Of a DNA stretch of 64,000 bases, positions 59,580 through 64,000 are shown one piece after another. The translations under genes were made by a program, and so were the position numbers. Position 1 is the stretch's first letter. The number at the start of each line of letters is the position of its first letter. The notes under the pieces were generated by a model that saw only the letters and a list, made by a program, of their open reading frames with translations, was not told where the DNA came from and did no database searches. This DNA is from Lophium mytilinum (lineage: Eukaryota): NCBI GenBank assembly GCA_010093605.1, contig MU004199.1, positions 1,375,533-1,439,532 on the forward strand, written 5' to 3'.

Positions 59580-60333
59580 GCACTTTCGGGCAGGAGTGCG
59601 ATGCTGGAGCCCGTGTTATACTAAGCAACATTATAATCGAATTCTGTGAGTTCTGCGTTTGATGCCGCAGGCGGGGCGGTCTATGTTTCTTTCTCCTTCG
59701 AGCCGTGTCAATATACGCTTTTCAAACACTTTTGGCGGCATGAGAAATGCATCTGAGAGTCTGTTAGATGGCATAATTAGCAATACACAATAGCCATTAT
59801 CCAAGATATTGACCGTGTAGTATATATATGCTTGTGCACGGGAAACTCCTCCGTTTGGCCTCTACTCTTGCTCGCTCGATGGTATCAGTGTGGAGACTAA
59901 CGCAGCCGACACATATTGAGTAAATTTGGAAGCAAACTAACTCCCACTGCATTGGTGAGGTTGTTTCAGCGTTTTCCGTACATGGAAATGCTGTAGTGGG
60001 AGCTCTTGCACATAGAAGCTTTTTTGGTTCAATTCTGACACAGCAATACCCTAATCCCGTCTTCCTAATCCGGCCTCTCAGTTTCTCACGTGTATTCTGA
60101 AAGGCGTGTCGTTGTTCTGGATGTTGAGGCGGGTATAAGCGGTTTAGCGGGGGATTGAAAAAGAACGTCAATAGAAATCATCTCGCGTCACCACCACTTT
60201 TCCTTTCTTTCACGCCACCACGACTCTCCCGTCCCACACCAAGTCATTGCTCCCAGATCCCATACACCTCGAAAATCTCAATTCAAACGCCAGACCCTCT
60301 CAAAAGCAATCCTCACTACTCAACCCCGCATCC

Positions 60334-61990
60334 ATGGCCTCCAAAACCCGCCCCGCCATCCCACCCGTCGTAATGGACACAATCACGCAGAACATCGGCA
60401 ACACGCCCCTCGTCCGCCTGAACAAAATTCCCCAATCTCTCGGCATCCCCTGCACCGTCTATGCCAAGCTCGAAATGTTCAACGCTGGCGGCAGCGTGAA
60501 AGACCGCATCGCCTTGCGCATGATCGAGGAAGCCGAGAAGAGCGGGCGCATAAAACCGGGCGATACCCTCATCGAGCCCACGTCTGGCAACACCGGCATC
60601 GGGCTCGCGCTCGTGGCGGCTGTGAAGGGATATAAGACGATTATTACGCTGCCGGAGAAGATGAGCCCAGAGAAAGTGGCGGTGCTGAGGGCGTTGGGAG
60701 CCGAAATTATCAGGACACCGACGCAGGCCGCGTGGGATAGTCCCGAGAGCCATATTGGGGTTGCGAGGCGATTAGAGAAGGAGATTCCGAATGCGCATAT
60801 TTTGGATCAGTACGCCAACCCTGACAACCCGCTCGCGCATGAGTATGGCACTGCGGAGGAGATTTGGATGCAGACCGAGGGGAAGATTACGGTGTTGGTG
60901 GCAGGTGCTGGGACTGGCGGAACGATTACCGGAATATCAAAAGGGTTGAGGAAGCATAAGAAGGATGTCAAGATCGTCGCGGCAGATCCGTTTGGGAGTG
61001 TGCTGGCGGTCCCCGAAGCGTTGAATCAGGAGCATGCGAACGAGGGGTATAAGGTTGAGGGGATAGGGTATGATTTCATTCCAGATGTGCTGGATCGGGA
61101 GGCGGTGGATGTGTGGTACAAGACAGACGATCGGGCGGCGTTTGGGTATGCGAGGAGGCTAATTGCGGAGGAGGGGATTTTGTGTGGTGGAAGCAGTGGA
61201 AGTGCAATGGATGCTATGGTGAAGGCTGTGAAAGACCTCAAATTGGGAGCGGATGATGTTGTCGTCGTCGTGCTGCCAGATAGCATACGGAGTTATCTCA
61301 GCAAGGTATGTTTCTCTCTCCGCTCAATTCATCGCTCCAAAATCCCCCCAGATGTACTTGTTGATCGATGATGCTGATTTTCCACAGTTCGTTGACGACG
61401 ACTGGCTCGCTGCAAATGACCTCCTCCCTCCTTCGCCCCCGATCACTCCAGCAACTCTCTCTCGCCGCGCATCCACTTCCAAGAAGGACGACCCTTTTCA
61501 GGGCGCAACTATCGCATCCCTCCGCCTCAAGCCCGTCACTACCATCTCCGCCGCCTCTCCCTGCGCTGATGCCATCGAAACAATGCGCGAGAAAGGCTTC
61601 GACCAGCTCCCTGTCTCCTCCGCAGCCGGCTCGCGCCTCGTGGGTCTTGTCACCCTTGGCAATCTCCTCTCCTACATCAGCTCCGGTCGCGCAGGCCCCA
61701 ATAGCCCGGTCAAAGATGTGATGTTCGATTTCAGCAAACTAAGCGAGGTCGTGACTGACGTGCGGGACCTGCATATCAGTGACGACAAGGAGGAGAAAGA
61801 CGGGAAGAAGCCCCGGGAATTCCTGGAAATCACGCGAGATACTCCGTTGAGCGCGCTTAGTCGGTTTTTCGAGTGGAATTCGGCGGCCGTGGTGACGGAG
61901 AAGGGAGAAAGTGGTATGAAGGCTGTTGCAGTGGTGACGAAGGTCGATTTGCTTGGGTGGCTGGTCAAGCACCGGAAGGAGGCGGCATAG
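60334..61990 (+). CDS. cys4: Cystathionine beta-synthase (PLP domain + C-terminal CBS domains)
   Basis: [57 protein letters not shown] pair ([15 protein letters not shown]); intron 61306-61387. Confidence 0.95.
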
Positions 61991-62453
61991 ATGAGTAAGT
62001 TGGTAGTATGCCGGATACTGTCTTATTCAACATGACATTATCAGGAGTCATTTCAATCGACGAGAGCGCGGGATGTAGAACGAAACGAGGGTTCCGGAAA
62101 GCATTGCAAAGGCGTTTTGGAGGTGCATGTGGTAAGCTGGGGTTCTTCCACGACGGGGCGATCAGGTAGGGTAGCAGAAATGAAGCTATTCTTATATCGA
62201 ATACGCAAAGACTTCATCTCACAATTCTAACACATACTTCTATTTCGGCAAACGGGGTTGTACTCGCTTTCACTTCTTCTTTCTCCTATTTTCAAAATCA
62301 TCAATGAACATGAACAGTCACTGAATATATACCTTTTCTCCCGTTTTCGTTGCAACCTATCCTCAATCCGATTTGGACGCAGCTTCTTATTTTCTCCCTA
62401 TCACCCTGGTTTAGTCATACTTCTCATCTTCGCTAGAACTCCTACGTTCACGT

Positions 62454-63305
62454 TCAGGCCAGCTCTCCGCCATCAATTGAGTAAGCCACCCCAGTAATGA
62501 ACCGACTTTCGTCCCCCAGCAGAAACGCGGCCAGACTCGCAACTTCCTCCGCTTTCCCTATCCTCTTCAGTGGGTTCGATGGTATGTAGTCCGGGTATAT
62601 CTCCATCGTCAGATCAGCCATTGGCGTTTGGACCATCGCCCTAACACACTGTTAGCTCTCGCACCACTCAACGAGACTCCAATTCGAGCATCAAAACGAT
62701 TGGTAAGGTGACACATACGGACAAAAACAATTAACCCTCACCCCCCTCCCCGCAACTGTCGGATCCTTGGCTGCGCTCTTCGTCAACCCTACAACCCCAT
62801 GCTTACTCGCGGTGTACGCCGCGCCCCCAGCCGCCCCGTGCAAGCCTGCGATACTCGACGCATTTACTATGCTCCCGCCGTCCCTTATTACCTTGAGCTG
62901 CTCCCGCATGCAGTACATCACTCCTGTCAGATTCACCGCGAGCAGGAAATCCCACTCTTCATCATCTACGTCCGTGATCGCTGTGAAGCCCCCAGCGCGT
63001 GTCTTGTTCAGCACGCCCGCGATGTTTGCTGCGCCGTCCAGAGGGCCCAGCTTCTCAACGGTCCCAGAAATCCAGGCGCGTACTGAGGCAGCGGAACGCA
63101 CGTCCACCGCTGTGATGCTCAGCCGTACTGTTGGGGCGGCCGCCCGGATGGATGATGAAGCTTCGGCTAGCGCGGCAGAGTTGATGTCTGCGAGAGAGAG
63201 AGTGGCGCCGCGGACGGCGAGGTAGGTTGCAAGCGAGAGGCCGATACCTGAGGCGGCGCCGGTGATCGCGATAATTTTGCCAGCGAAGGGGTGCGGAGAG
63301 GCCAT
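62454..63305 (-). CDS. Classical short-chain dehydrogenase/reductase
   Basis: TGAASGIG, NIAG, S-YTASK catalytic residues, VRVNCFCP, ITGVAYSIDGG; intron 62641-62718. Confidence 0.92.
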
Positions 63306-64000
63306 AGTGCGGGGAATCTGGGGTATGGGGTAAGGGAAGGGTGGCATTCTTTATGGTTGGCGAAAAGTTGCGGAATCTGGGGATGTCCGGAATCGGAATT
63401 CGACAAGGTGTGTGGTAGGATTCCGGGTTCTGCTTTCTTATTGGTACGTTGGGTTGGAGGTAAGGGGACGAAAGTCGGCGGGCGAGACTGATACTGAGAC
63501 ATGGAGGGAGAGAGAACGGATTCTCGCGTACTTGGAGCTGCGATGTGAGAGGTCTGTTTCGGGTACGAGTCTTCAGAACTTCGTTTTGTTCTGATTCAAG
63601 GCGTAAGAGGAGCCTTCCCATTATTGTAATCTCCTTGATCTTGTTCTCACTCCTCCTGTCATACGAAACCAGCTGTGGAAGTCGTGTAATGAAAGATCCC
63701 GACCACTACGCCTACCCGGACTTACTGCTGCTCGTTGGCTAAAGTTAAGGATGCCGATTTTAACGAGGGTGGATCCACGACTGGTCGATGCTGGATGTTC
63801 CCAGAGTCATCACCATTTTCTCACTGGGCCACCGAACCAACGGCAGACTACTCGGCTGGTATAGAACGTACGCCTAGGCGAGAGGGATATCCGCTCCGGC
63901 CGGGCTCTAGCAAACGCGTGGTTGGCGGCCAGGGAAGAGCTTTTCGACGCTACGGAGGCCGATGGTAAGTCTGAAGCTTAACCATCGCTCCTCATACAAA

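Noticed and set aside
61988..62010. SKL codons just after the cys4 stop (TAG ATG AGT AAG TTG)
   Set aside because: SKL would not be C-terminal after readthrough and the stop context is not the TGA-CTA readthrough motif.
1..64000. tRNA, rRNA or snRNA genes
   Set aside because: None recognised by eye; a tRNAscan-SE/Infernal run would be needed to exclude them.

Overview
Eukaryotic DNA from a filamentous ascomycete (Pezizomycotina). Evidence: short GT-AG introns with CTRAC branch points and a block carrying the RIP (repeat-induced point mutation) signature. The window is mostly gene-dense housekeeping sequence. Recognisable genes are a CobW/ZNG1-type metallochaperone GTPase (partial), phocein/Mob3, a C2H2 + fungal-TF-domain regulator, an A1 aspartic protease, ORC4, peroxisomal FOX2, a TDA10-like kinase, a LaeA-like methyltransferase, a CE16/GDSL esterase, a Ser/Thr/Pro-rich secreted protein, Aurora kinase, M28 leucine aminopeptidase, an R3H-associated protein, cystathionine beta-synthase and an SDR, plus several hypothetical genes. 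The standout non-genic feature is a 3.85-kb RIP-destroyed DNA transposon (39939-43790) that the ORF track misses. It has 31-bp perfect terminal inverted repeats, a hand-readable PIF/Harbinger-type DDE transposase, a convergent second ORF and an apparent third ORF with an 8-aa repeat. Several unexplained diverged tandem arrays (129 bp, 164-184 bp, ~107 bp, 57-63 bp) and two structured introns also merit follow-up. All calls come from manual reading; no database searches were run.
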